This document shows positions 39,111 to 51,400 of a stretch of DNA of 64,000 nucleotides, in pieces. The notes under the pieces were generated by a model that did not search any database, was not told the origin of the DNA, and was given only the letters and a program-made list of their open reading frames with translations. Position 1 is the first letter of the stretch. Each line of letters begins with the position of its first letter. Both the position numbers and the translations under genes were made by a program. The stretch is taken from assembly GCA_976226885.1 (NCBI GenBank), contig OZ320315.1, positions 88,722,001 to 88,786,000 of the forward strand, in the 5' to 3' direction. This stretch comes from Iphione sp. A-MEVVRFRX5. Its lineage: Eukaryota.

Positions 39111-42100
39111 CGGGGGTGTTCCGTTCATTAAACTGAAGTTGGTTCTGTTTCCTGTCACGGAAGATGTTGCATTGACCCATGAGGCGGTTTACTCTTGTGA
39201 GAAGGAGGGATCAGAGGCGGCCAATAACCCCCATAATAGGAGTCAGACAATTCAGGCCTGGCCCCGCCATTCGCCTGGGCTTTTACCGATAGGAACCTCC
39301 CCACCCACCCACCTACCCGGCAACCCCAACTCCTTCTCATCTGCCTGGAGGTAATTCCAGCCCCGTGTTCTCGGTGCCTGGTCCGAGCTGCTCACCCGAC
39401 ATAAATGTTAGAACCTCTAAAATACCCAGGCTCCGTACCAAGCGAACTCTGTTTGCTGGAGATCGATGATTATCTTGTTAAGTTAAATGTCATGTAATCC
39501 CTACTGGGCCTTGACTAAATTCCTTGAGGAATTCCTGGCATGAGCAAATACTGGTTTAACTCGCCGCGTTGTGCGGTCCGCGTGTAGCACTCGTGCAACT
39601 ATTCTGAAATTAAATATCCGCATGCAGACTGCAAAGCAGGCTCTCTCCTTAAAGCCACCCGACTTTCAGACAGTCGCTCCCTCTCGATTCATAAGTGCAT
39701 GCGCAGAAACAATGATTCACATGAGCATGTGGATATTTGATTTTCTTTCACACCGAAAACTTGGCCCTACCTCGTACTGCTTAGGTGTATTGCAATTTTA
39801 ACATATTAGGATGGAACACAATGATTACATGGCTTCGCTTGTACAGCCACGTAAAAATTTCATTCAGCATTATTTCGACCTCTCTAGTTCGCAAGCTACA
39901 GACATCGGCGATGAAAGCACAAAGTATCCCAGCTGCACTTCTTCCCTTAAATGCAGCTGAAATATCCGCTCAAAGCATACCATTTAAGGCCATTGTGTTT
40001 CCTATGGTCTTGATTTAAGTTATTTTTTCTCCGGGTTTGATACTGCACAGATGAAACGAAGTCATTTGTTACAAGTTCACCTCAAGAAGGTTACTCATCT
40101 GCCACAATAAATGCACATACTAGCATTGCGTGTTGCTTCTGTCGTCAATGTCCTTTTTTTCATGCGCCGGCGTTTAGCCTAGGGAAAAGCGTTCTGTACA
40201 GAGCGCTGGTAAACAACCGCCATTTGGCGTTGTGATAACAGTTCTGGGACAAAGGGCTGGACTTTTCAAGGGAGGGCGGGCCCAGCCGACCCGCTCCGTC
40301 AGTTTGCTGCCGGGTTGTCGCCTCCCGCCGGTCGGATGACCTGCCGGGACCTAATAGTGAGTGCAGTACCGACGAGGTCCTATACTCACAGAAGGCTAAA
40401 CCAGTCACACCGGACCAACCCCCCCCCCCCACACACACACACATATACACGCGAACGAATTGACAGATTTCTACACTTCACCATCACGCAGGCCTGCCTG
40501 CAAATCTTGTCATGCTTGGTGTTGCTATATGGTAATGCTTGTCTTGGTCTCCTGAGGAAAGCGGCCGGCACCGCCGAGTGACGCCTGCATCGTCCTAATG
40601 GGCCGGAGTCCCGCACTTCACACAGACCACGCTCGGTGCCGCCAGCCTACCCACACCACCCACCACCCCAACCCTCCGCCTCCTCCTCCTCCTCCTCTTC
40701 TGCCCTTGGGAGTGGCGGGCGCCGCCAACATCATGCCTTTTCTCCACCAGCACGCATCCCGAATCATGCATCTGTTCACGAGATGCGTTATATTAGCTTT
40801 CGGTCTTCATTGTGGACAGTCGTCAATATTTCACATCGATTCCCAAACCCCCCCTTCGGGCTGAAATGGCATTGAACGGTAACAATCCACAAATCAGACA
40901 ACAATAACCCTGTTCGCACCTTTTCTGAACTGTAAATTTGGCGCTATTGAAAGCTCCTATATAGGGGGCTGGGACCCTTTGCTTGACCGTATGGGTCCTG
41001 CCCCCCCCCCAAACTGTGCAGGTACACCATGATACATTAACACTAACTGGGAACTGTGTATTCTGTGTGTGGTGGATGAGCCTCTCTGTCTAGTAGGTGA
41101 GCAGGCTGGTATTCTACCAATCGGCCAGGTCAAATACGCGCCAAATTCAATGGTGGCTCTATGTTTACTTGCGGAAGCCATTCGTTCAATACGGGGTTAG
41201 CGGGTTCACGATCGGTCCACTACTCTTCAACCGGCGCCTGTACCACAGGGTCCGCCCTGCTCTGGCCGAATACGCCTATCTTGTCTGTATTTATAATGTC
41301 GATAATGTATAATCTAGGAATGGGCTGCCTATCAGAATGAAACTGATTCAACATAGTACGACCAAGTTTCCTCCTGAAGCTCCTTTTTAAGCAACGGTCC
41401 GGTAAGTAAAGGATAAAATTATTTTGGACGATTTACAGCCGCATGGAAAGAGGTGGAATCTCTTTCGTCGACATGTCGAGAGAACGGCTCCTAAAAATAT
41501 ATCCTAGGAGCAGGGCCAGTCGGCAAAAGGCTGGAAACACGTTCACCTCAAATTGACTGATCCGAAGTGAAAGGTTCCGCATTCTTTTAGCCTAATGGAA
41601 CTAACCGATTGGTGCGTTTTCAGTCCTGGCCCGAAGACTTCCGTAAAGTTGGGGAGAGGCCAATCAGAAAACTTGGCTGACCTTTGACTAAATGCTCTAA
41701 GCGAAGGAGCAGAGCACTTGACATTTGACCGGCCGTCAAGGAGCAAATCAGGACCCATGTGGACTCGGGTCGTCTGTTTTTTCCCCCTACAATTTGTTGA
41801 TGGTGTTTCAGGCCTGGTGAGAGCAAATTTAATGACATGGAGCTTTAAAATCCTGGATCCTCTTGTAGCAGATTGGAGTTTTATGTTGTGTGCGTGGGTG
41901 CTCTGATGCTTCTGGGGTTAGCTGCAGGATGAGGGGGGAGATTTGTGACAGGAAAGGGAGCCAATGAATTGTTTACACGGACTTTATATCATTTTGTCTC
42001 CACCCGGCGTGCCCCGGTAGTGCATCTCTTCACCTCCACAAAGACGGGGTGTGTTATTAATCATGGCCTCTGGCACTAACGTGTGACTAGGAGGCATTAA

Positions 42101-44671
42101 TAAATCAAACGACGACGTTATTAAGACCCCTAGGTGGTTATTTGCATGTTGCGCGGGTCCTGTGGACAGTAAGGGCAGGTGCAACGTACATGCTCATTAC
42201 TCCCTTGGTTGTCATTTGTATAGACACGGCCATTGATAGGCACTTACACCTACCCCCCGCTCCAGCAAATATTGCATGGCTGCGAAGAACAGGCCTCCTA
42301 ATAAGAAAACCTTTTCATAATTTGTTCTTCCCGCCCGACAAAAAAATTACTTGCCATTACTTTCAGCGCTTTCCCCCCCTTTTTACCACGTGAAAAATAA
42401 CAGATTTGTACATCAGGTGTACGCTTGTGTTTTCCCTCTATATTGTCGCATCTCTTTTAGTTTGAATAAACAGCAAAAGATCACAGAAACCTTCACCAAA
42501 TGTGTCATCCTGGATTCTCTTTGCTGCACCTGTCTTTGACAGCGTAATACTCGAAGGCTACATTTTTCATTCTATTGCTGATAGTCTTGCCCTGATGGTT
42601 GATCGCTGGGAGGAAGGGGAGGGGGGGAACAGGCATGGAGCCTTAACCATGAAATTGAAAAAAAACTTAAGAAATCGTCTTGAAGCTATTTCAGAACATT
42701 TGACAGATTCATCGTCACGAATATGAGAATAGCATCGATAGTGTGTAGCATCACGAATATTTGTCCATGGCAAATGATATTACGCAGAACTCGCTGAATA
42801 CGACAGTGGCCCCTGCGGCAAGAACGGGCGGGAACGAATTCCAGAGGACAATGACAATGCATGTATTGTTTATGCAGGAAAATGGCAGTGGCGGATGAGA
42901 GGAAACATTGTCTCTCCGTTGATTGATGACGTCACGGAAATGAGAAGATGGTTTGGAGCATAGAATTGCACCTGCTTAGTCGCTAATCGTGTGGAGAACG
43001 TTGTGGAGTCGTCAGTCGAAGCCCTTAAACGCCATCTCCGCGACAGCAAATAAACTAAAATCAACCAGATCTGGTGGGTGACGGTAATACCCAGAATAAA
43101 CACCATTAGCCGCACTCTTTATCCTGTTAAGTTGAGCAGTTTTACTCTTGAGGTTGTGGTTGCGGGTGTTGCCCGGCAGATTTCAGGCATGCGACCCATC
43201 ATTATGCTGTTTTGTGTGTGTGTGTTACTTTTTTTTAAACACCACGATCAGCAGTATTGATTCGCATGTGCATATGCCTAAATCACGGGCCCGCCTATAA
43301 ATGACGCTGATATCCCAGCTATGTGCCACAACAATCTCCTGGCGAGATGAGCAATTGTTCCGTTTGGTGAACACTGTCTCTCGGTGTGGCCGCGGGATGA
43401 TGAGTGTGGAGCCGGGGGGCTGCTTCGGTGAGCATCCGCGCGGTGGGGCCCAGCTTGGCCGCCACCTGAGGGGTTGACTAGGGCCCCCCCCCGACCCCCA
43501 CCCCCACCCGCCGCCGCCGCCGCTTCTCGGCCGGGCTCCAAACGGTTGCCCCCGAGGGCCGGGCCAGTGTTGTTAATGGGACATCATTTTGTTCTGATGG
43601 GTTCACTAATAGTCGCAAGAGGTCACCACCGCCAATACCCCACGTGACTGACCACAACGCCAATGCCCATCGCCAGGCTGTCGCAAACACACAAGCCACG
43701 GCCAAAGAAATCGTCCTCACGCGGTCGACAAGACAAGACCCTGGGCCCTGCAGCAACAGGGCCCATTCACTTAACAGAGTGTGCAATCATAGCATGTGTG
43801 ATGATATGAATATTAGCTGCCAGTAAGCCAAGCCTGCAACAAGCAATCATGGAATAGGTTTTGGCAGAGAAACTAACAAAGTACATATAGTTAGTTGGCC
43901 GAAGAACGAAAAGGACTTCTTCTAACTTCAGTAACGTGCAGCCATGTAGACAACCAACGATCATTCTGAAGCAGAACATGTCCTCAAATCTGCATTTTCT
44001 TCTGGAGTAGTCATCCTAAAACACCAACTGATAGAATTCCGATATTCAAGTGCTTTCATTAGCATAGTTTGCGCTCAATATGAAGCTGTCTGTGACTTTT
44101 GAATGCGTATGTACACCATTCTACTTGAAAGAGGATTGGGGGGGGGGTCTTTTCGCAGTGTCCTTTTCTGAATAGCAGTAACCCGATGCAGCATTAAAGG
44201 AAAGTCAAGACTTGAGAGGAGTTTCAGGTAATATTATCTCAGAAGTTACTCCTAAGCAGCATCTTACAACAGGTAGGTACCTACATCATGGTTCGCTCGC
44301 AGTTATGTTGTAAGATCGCGTTATAAGGTGACCTTTTAAGACATGCATTGGGTAAGTGTATGATGTTTGACCCTTCCATCCTTTCCACTTTGGTGATGAT
44401 TTTTTTTATGTAGGAGTCCATATGTTAGCTGAACGATTGTTCCCCTGTGTTTGAATTCACTTATACATAAGATATATAGTCGATGTCCTGCGGACCTGCA
44501 TGACACCCCAGCAACCCTGCGAGCATGTATCAGTTTTCTCATGCGAGACCTTGGCGACAAGAGCTAGTACAAGAACTATGTGCACGAAACGAGCGGCTAG
44601 CACGCTATCGAGCCTGAGGAGAAGCAGTTAACCCACAATTTACCACCTGCATTTTCTCTTTTCTCCCACAG

Positions 44672-45436
44672 CTCAAACTAAAGGGGACGCTCGCATCGTC
44701 GAGTTTGACAAGATCGAAGTTGCTAAACGACCGCCGCAGGAAGAGGCACTGCGCAGCCGTGAGAACTTTGCGGGATACATGCAACAGCTCGTCTTCAATG
44801 GGGAACACTACTTTGAAATGGCCCGCACCGGGCACCAGGGCATCGAAACCACGGCCAAATTCGACAAGAAGGATAAGCTCGTCCATTTTCCGCTTACTTT
44901 TAAAACTCCTGGAGCCTATTTGACGACGAGGTTGCAGCTCTATGCTACCTTCACCATCTATTTCCAAGTTAAAACCACTCAGCCAAACGGGCTCATTTTA
45001 TATAGTGGAGGTAGACGAGGCAAAGATTTCATAGCACTAGAGATGGTCAAGGGTCATATCCGCTACGTGTATGACCTCGGCAGCGGTCCCCGCATTGTTA
45101 AGTCGACACTCGACCAGCCGATCAACGATAACAAGTGGCATGACATCGGGATCCTGCGGCCCACCCTGCAGCAGCACATCCTCAGGGTCGACGAGAGCGC
45201 CAGCTTCGACAACCTACCCGACTCACGGGCCGTGCACTTTGACACCAACGGAGTGCTCTTCATAGGCGGCGTAGAGAAGCACCTGTATGCGAACTTTCCA
45301 AAGAACCTGAAATCTAGGGAAGGTTTCCAGGGCTGCCTGGCCTCCTTAGACTTGGACGGCGACAACCGAAACATTCTCGAACATGGCGCCGAGATACCGA
45401 TGGAGTACAGTGAACTAATCAAGGAGGGATGTGAGG
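44672..45436 (+). CDS. NRXN: Alpha-neurexin coding exon (765 bp): C-terminal LNS4 and complete LNS5
   Basis: The open frame reads QTKGDARIVEFDKIEV...NFAGYMQQLVFNG...PLTFKT...LQLYATFTIYFQVKTTQPNGLILYSGG...DFIALEMVKGHIRYVYDLGSG...PINDNKWH...LFIGGV...EGFQGCLASLDLDG...KEGCE, matching neurexin LNS4/LNS5 motifs in order. Acceptor AG 44670-44671; donor GAGG|GTAAGT at 45437; phase 1 on both sides. Confidence 0.97.
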
Positions 45437-48400
45437 GTAAGTAAAGAGATACCCCCCTATGTTAGTTTCATCTCTAATATGACCGACTCCATGGGCACGA
45501 AAAAAACGATGATTTTCAGAATGCATTAGCATCTTATTTCTTTGTATAACAGAGCATACTTATAGTAATAAGATTCACACAATCAATGTATCACTAGCTC
45601 TAGATTTGGCATCTCCGCCAGTGCCTGTTTGGAAACTAAATGTGTACTGGTTTATATACTATATTTTTTCAAACGTACGCTAGCCTCGTTTATATAAACG
45701 GTTTATATACTATACACTGCTACAAACAAAATCCATCTCCGCTTGGGCAACGTTAGCAGGTCCTTGCAGGGGTCTTGAATTTATACCAACTATCTTTGAC
45801 AAGTTTCTTTCTTCATTTAATCTGTAAATGCCCACTCTTGAGCTTTCTGAAATTCAGTCGGTGAATGTAATGAGAAAGATTTAGCATATACTTTGTCTCC
45901 ACTCACTCCTTGAATCCACATTCCAAGTCTATCTCGTTGGCAATGTTTTAGGTACCTATTTTCAGGACAAAGGTAAGTTTTTATAGCCAGCATTTCCTGA
46001 TAATTGTTGTCCTCTTGTTTGACTTTAAAGCCTTTAGATAGATCTACTTTTGCACTTGTTGAATGATTGATGTCCAAATCAAGTTATTGTGATATAGACT
46101 GACACGTGCAATTCGCCACATTAAAGTATTCTAAATCGCATCTTCCTTCTCATTTCATAGGGTCTAACCCACCCTATTAAATACATGTCAAATCAAATGT
46201 ATGATAATTCTATTACTGGTCACATAAACAAATCATGATTAAGATAAACTATAAGCAATCTTTCAAACTTCCGTCTCTGTATACTGTTTGGTAAAAAAAT
46301 CAAAAAGTCACATTTCGCCTATGATTCCTTTGTACAACAAATTAAAGATAGCATGAGATTATGGCCACAGAATACTTCCGCCCCAGTTCCAACCTAAATA
46401 TTGTTACTAAGTGTTCCTTATATGGTGTTCAGCCCATGTTGTGAAGTCTTATTCAATGACTCAATGTGTCTGACTACACACTTCACTCTTTATAGATTTT
46501 CTCTGTCCGACAGAATCCATCCGGCCATCTTCACCTCTTCCCAGTCAAAACGCTTCCAAGTGGCTACACATAATATAATGCTTTGAAAATACCTTGAGTA
46601 GTGACGACTTTCAAAACTAGAGAGAACACAATGTAAAAGAACCTTCCAATACCTTTTTTCAAATTATACATCGACAACTTAAATCATATAACATCGTGAT
46701 TAAATTATCCCTAGGAACAAAATTTCACTTCAAGAAATTGTTTAATTCCAGCAACATTACACTTTCTTTTGTAGTAACAAAGCCGAAAAAGTAATCTTTT
46801 TCCAACAACTGCATGCTAAAATATACATAAAACGCTAAGTCAAAACGCATGGTGCTCTTTGCCCTCCACATACTTCGAGGAAAGCATGCTGTGGGTTTGA
46901 ACATGGATAATACAATACAGTTAGAAAAATTTAGAAATGTTTTCGAATTTCTTGAAAGTGAAATTTTAGATAAAAGAGGTTACCATATTACAACCCTGTC
47001 ATGAAATGAGAAGGAAACCCAAAGCGCACTAATATTGCAATGGTATCAAATATTTCCCCACGGAAAATTGCATTTTTACACTTTCAATTCTTTTTTTAGG
47101 GAAATCTGTTCGGTAACTTAACCTATTGTTAGAGAGGAACTAACATTCACATTACTTAATATTCAAATAATATCCAACTGGTAGATGTATATTTAAATCT
47201 ATTAGTGATTTTAGACACCCAAATCTAAATAATTAGAAAACTGCTATTACCGAATAACATTTCTCTTCCCTGTAGCCCAGAGCTATTTGACTCGGCCTCA
47301 CATTACTGACAATGGAAATCACATCATCTCAGAAGAGGTCTACATGATTCAAAATGTTATTCCTGAGTCCTATTCCACGACCAAAGAATTATTTTATTTA
47401 CTTGCTTTAAAATCGTGCTGACGCCACTGTCATCCTCGTACCTTGTGTTTACCTCTCATGAAGATGTGTGCACCGCACAGCAATGCCACCCTTGTGTATG
47501 ATCGCTGCACTGACTATGACCAGAAACGCCAATTTATCAAGGATCCTTTGTTTTTTTAACACTCTGGCAAAGTATATATTATTATGATCAAACTAAAACA
47601 GATAGCACCGAACACTAATATGTAATCTGTAGCGAGGCTAAAAACGCAGAGACCCATCGAGAATTTTCATTGTAATAGTTTATTTTCTCACTCCAGTAAC
47701 ACTTTCGTTTCATTTTTATGAGTTTTGAGGTATCCTCCCATCCACACGACAGCATCAAGTACAATATCCCCGCCAATTACTGACACTGTCTTCCGTCTTA
47801 AATGTGCGTCGACCATACACCTATATCGATCCCTTTTTAGTCCCCAACATTCGCATTTCTCATGACCAACTCAAGCATATGACAAAAGTTCAAGTGGTGC
47901 AAGCAAGAGGGTTCACCCGTAATAAGCGATTGATTTGCAGCAGACCCAAGGAGCGACTCGCGGGCCCCGAGCAGCTCTGAGCGGCTCGGCCAAACGGGAC
48001 AATAGCAAGCGCTATAGATCGGCTCATTGATTGTGTATGGCGTTCATATGTGGCATCCTCCTTTTCTATTTACCAATAATATCAAGGCCAGGGAGCAGGC
48101 ATGTCAAGCGGAGAATTCCTATGCAGGAGCACTGGTTTTATTTGTCGATCACTCAAATGCCGACCGTGTTTGTGAAGCCAACTTCTCGGTGCAGTACAGC
48201 AACAAATATCAATGGCTTCACGACACTCCGTTCCTCCGTCGCTGCCCGTCGCTCGTCATTCCTTCTCCCAGAGGAATGATTGTCACTCCATATCCACATC
48301 ACTCTGTACCTGTCCTTTTTTTGTCATGGAAAAAATGAAACTAAACGAAATACAACCGAAGATTTCCCGACTTACATCCCATATTTTAACCCCAAACCCA

Positions 48401-51400
48401 ACCTTATCCCTACCCCCATCCCTAACTCTGCAGTACTACCTTATCCTGAGAGTTTCGAGGCAGAGGAATGTAGACTTGTGAGAGTATAGAGTACCACTGA
48501 TGGTATGCAGTGGAAGGGGTATGGAGTGTCAAAGGTACAGGATATCTGTTTCCGGTCGGTAGCCCAATGAGGAAACGGCACAGCTTATATCCATTCGATA
48601 TATAATGATCATTCTGTCCACTGTCTTTGTCACGCTTAACATCAGAGCAATATCTTTTCTTCTTGTATTAATTCCCGGTAGGGTGCAATGACACTTCATT
48701 ATCTTCAATTATAACATCCAATTATTCAAGTTTTCCTCCGACCGCCAAGTGAAGCAAGTCTTCAAAGATGACTGAAAAAAAACAAATCCAAGTTTAATTC
48801 CGTGGTCGCAGACTCCATGGCTTCTGTGGGCAGTAACTAGATTTCCTTATTCGAGTTGATCAATACGTCAAGCCCGTAGATAGTGCCTTTGTTACCGCCA
48901 GCCTGTCGAGGAAAAAATACTGATTAGCAAGAGCCAGTGAAAAGCATATGGCCGAAGGCTCAATAGCCGCTGCACTTTGTCAGGGGTGCCCTTACAATAT
49001 ACAGCACCTGTCTTTCTATAGATCAGAAGTAGGATATGCTTAGTACAGTCCTTTCGCTTCATTATATTCACCGCAGTGCCGGCAGGCCTGGCCTTGCCGT
49101 CTGTTTTGTGAGTATAATGACCACACGGATTCTGACCACTATAACAATGCACAGAAAACCAGTAGAATGCAAGGCCCTGTTGCCATGTGCATCATACTTT
49201 GAGCGGGGATATCTTATCCTTATCAATACAATATACAGATGGCTCTCCGAACGTAAAAATATCCCACGGACATCATCGACATGTATTCTCCATTGTCCGG
49301 ATCAATTGCCGTTTGAAACAGTACGCTCCTGCATCTGAGGAACAAGCCTTCACGCTCTCGGTTAACCTCAATCAGAGTGGGCTGAGTTCCCTAAAGAAAC
49401 GGTTGAAATATGAATGCAAGTGAAAACAATGTTTAAGATATGAATTCCCCCCAATTCTTTCTGCGATATTCACCACGGCTCTCAGTTTCATGTTTGTCCC
49501 GAGATAATGTTTATCGTACGTCTTTTTTATTCAAGTAATCCTAACCAAAATAGGTACACGAAGCAGGTCATAAGATAACATCGCTGAAATAAGAACGTCG
49601 TTTTTATTACAAAATCGTCATACGAGAAGAAGCATTATTAATGCGACGAGATACGATTTTTAACGGCGATAAAAAGAGAACTTGGTCGCATCAGTCTGGT
49701 GTGTTGAGCGGCTGACAGTAGCGTCAGTAGGGAACAAATCACGTCTATCATTGGCTAATAGCTACATGTTGGCCAGGAGTCCGGGCTTAAGGCCACATGG
49801 GACCCCCCGTGTCTAACAGTGCCGGGGCCTTCCTGATAGCAACTAGGATAAAGGGGGAAGTCAAAATGGCTGCACCGCTATTGGGACATGACAAACACAT
49901 GGCTTTGCACTGTTGATTACCCTACATCAGCCGGACGCCTGGGCTGAGTATTCGCAGCCGGTTGTCAGCTGTTAAGAGCAACTCAGAGTGACCCTATCAC
50001 CTCTGTGGGCCCAGTCGTGGAGAGACACAGGTCTGGCGGGGATCTTTGTCGACGCATGGCACCTGTTTCTTGTTCAGGGCTACTGCTATGTCGTCTTGGT
50101 ACAATGTTCGCCTCACATACAGAATGTTTTTTTTTCTCGAATAACTATTGTTCAGCTATAGGTTTCATTGCACAAACCATTTAAGATACAGATTATCAGA
50201 AAATAAAACAAGATTTAGATATTTTACAAAATAGCTTACACTTTAAGTCCATATATGTTGAGCACAATTTTGTATCTAAAAGGGACGTGTCCAATAACAT
50301 CTCGAGAGACCTGTACTTTATAAATGGATTCATACAGGCAATAAATACGAAATGTACTGCAAATCTAAACCGTCCATATCTGCTACAGGAAATCATGGAC
50401 GTACTGATGAATCTGTATCGTATTCCATACAATAAATGAGATGCATGTTGTCAAATAACTCTCGTGCGTCATACATAAGCGAACGGAAACCCCCGCATGT
50501 TATCCTGACTTGAAGTTTGCGTCTATGTAAGCAGAGAACATAATATATACGGCCCTTTTATGGTACTGCCTTGGACAGATGAGATGGCCTACCTCCTGTT
50601 ATGGCCACCTTCCCTGCGCATTAGCTATATAATGGACATACCGTCACATGAAGGCTGTATGTGAAAGTCCACCCGCCAGATATCAGTAGGCCCACGACGT
50701 GTGTGTTTGTGTGTGTATTCTAAGCATAATCAAAGATCTCAGCCGTCAGGGTTGTGTGTCCTAGTCCACCTCGTTTGATGGTTTTTAATCACGTTTCGAC
50801 AGTAACACCATCAGAGGATGTATCTTTCGCTATACACCGTTCACATCTGACTGGCACAAACAGCGTTGCTCCCTTTAAAGTTGTCAGTCTCTATGCTTGT
50901 CCTAACCAATGATGTGCACGTATTGTGCTACACGCTGCCGGAGCAAACATTTCTGAAACTGAAATGAATCTAGGTTAGTTTACCGCTTTCTGCTACCCTA
51001 TCCATAAATAATCATGATCACGTGTAGCACAGTTGTTTAGTTTCAGACATTATTATGCTAACAAGGTTATTAACTGTACAGTGCACAAACATAAGCATTA
51101 CTGTATACACGTATGGCAGGTACATTTGGATCCTGTTTGTAAGGATTACAGGCTTCACCTAGTTGTGATATACTGTAATAGAGAAAGGTTCAGTATCTTA
51201 TAAGTAATAAGAAAGACCCTTCAGAGATAGTAGACCAGGTCAACATGTGACCTACGGTTTGGGGAGGGATTTGAAAATTTACCCGGTTTGCAGTCCAAAG
51301 GAGGTTAAAGTATAACAGACATCCAATGTATCATTCTACAAAAGCATCAATGCCAACTTAAATCTTTAGTCTGTTCTAATGGTCTGTTCTAAAATTGTAC

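Larger units (their letters stand above)
15310..44671 (+). other. NRXN: Neurexin intron, 29,362 bp, phase 1
   Basis: Starts GTAAGC and ends TTTTCTCTTTTCTCCCACAG. The spliced junction ATE-A-QTKGDARIVEF is collinear with neurexin AMTG-QMAGDHTRLEF, so no constitutive exon is missing. Confidence 0.85.

Noticed and set aside
38869-39354. 161-aa ORF
   Set aside because: No domain similarity; better explained as GC-rich regulatory DNA containing the X-box.
41380-41407. CCG|GTAAGT donor with nearby acceptors
   Set aside because: The resulting exons are 10 or 22 nt (frameshifting) and the acceptors are AAG type.
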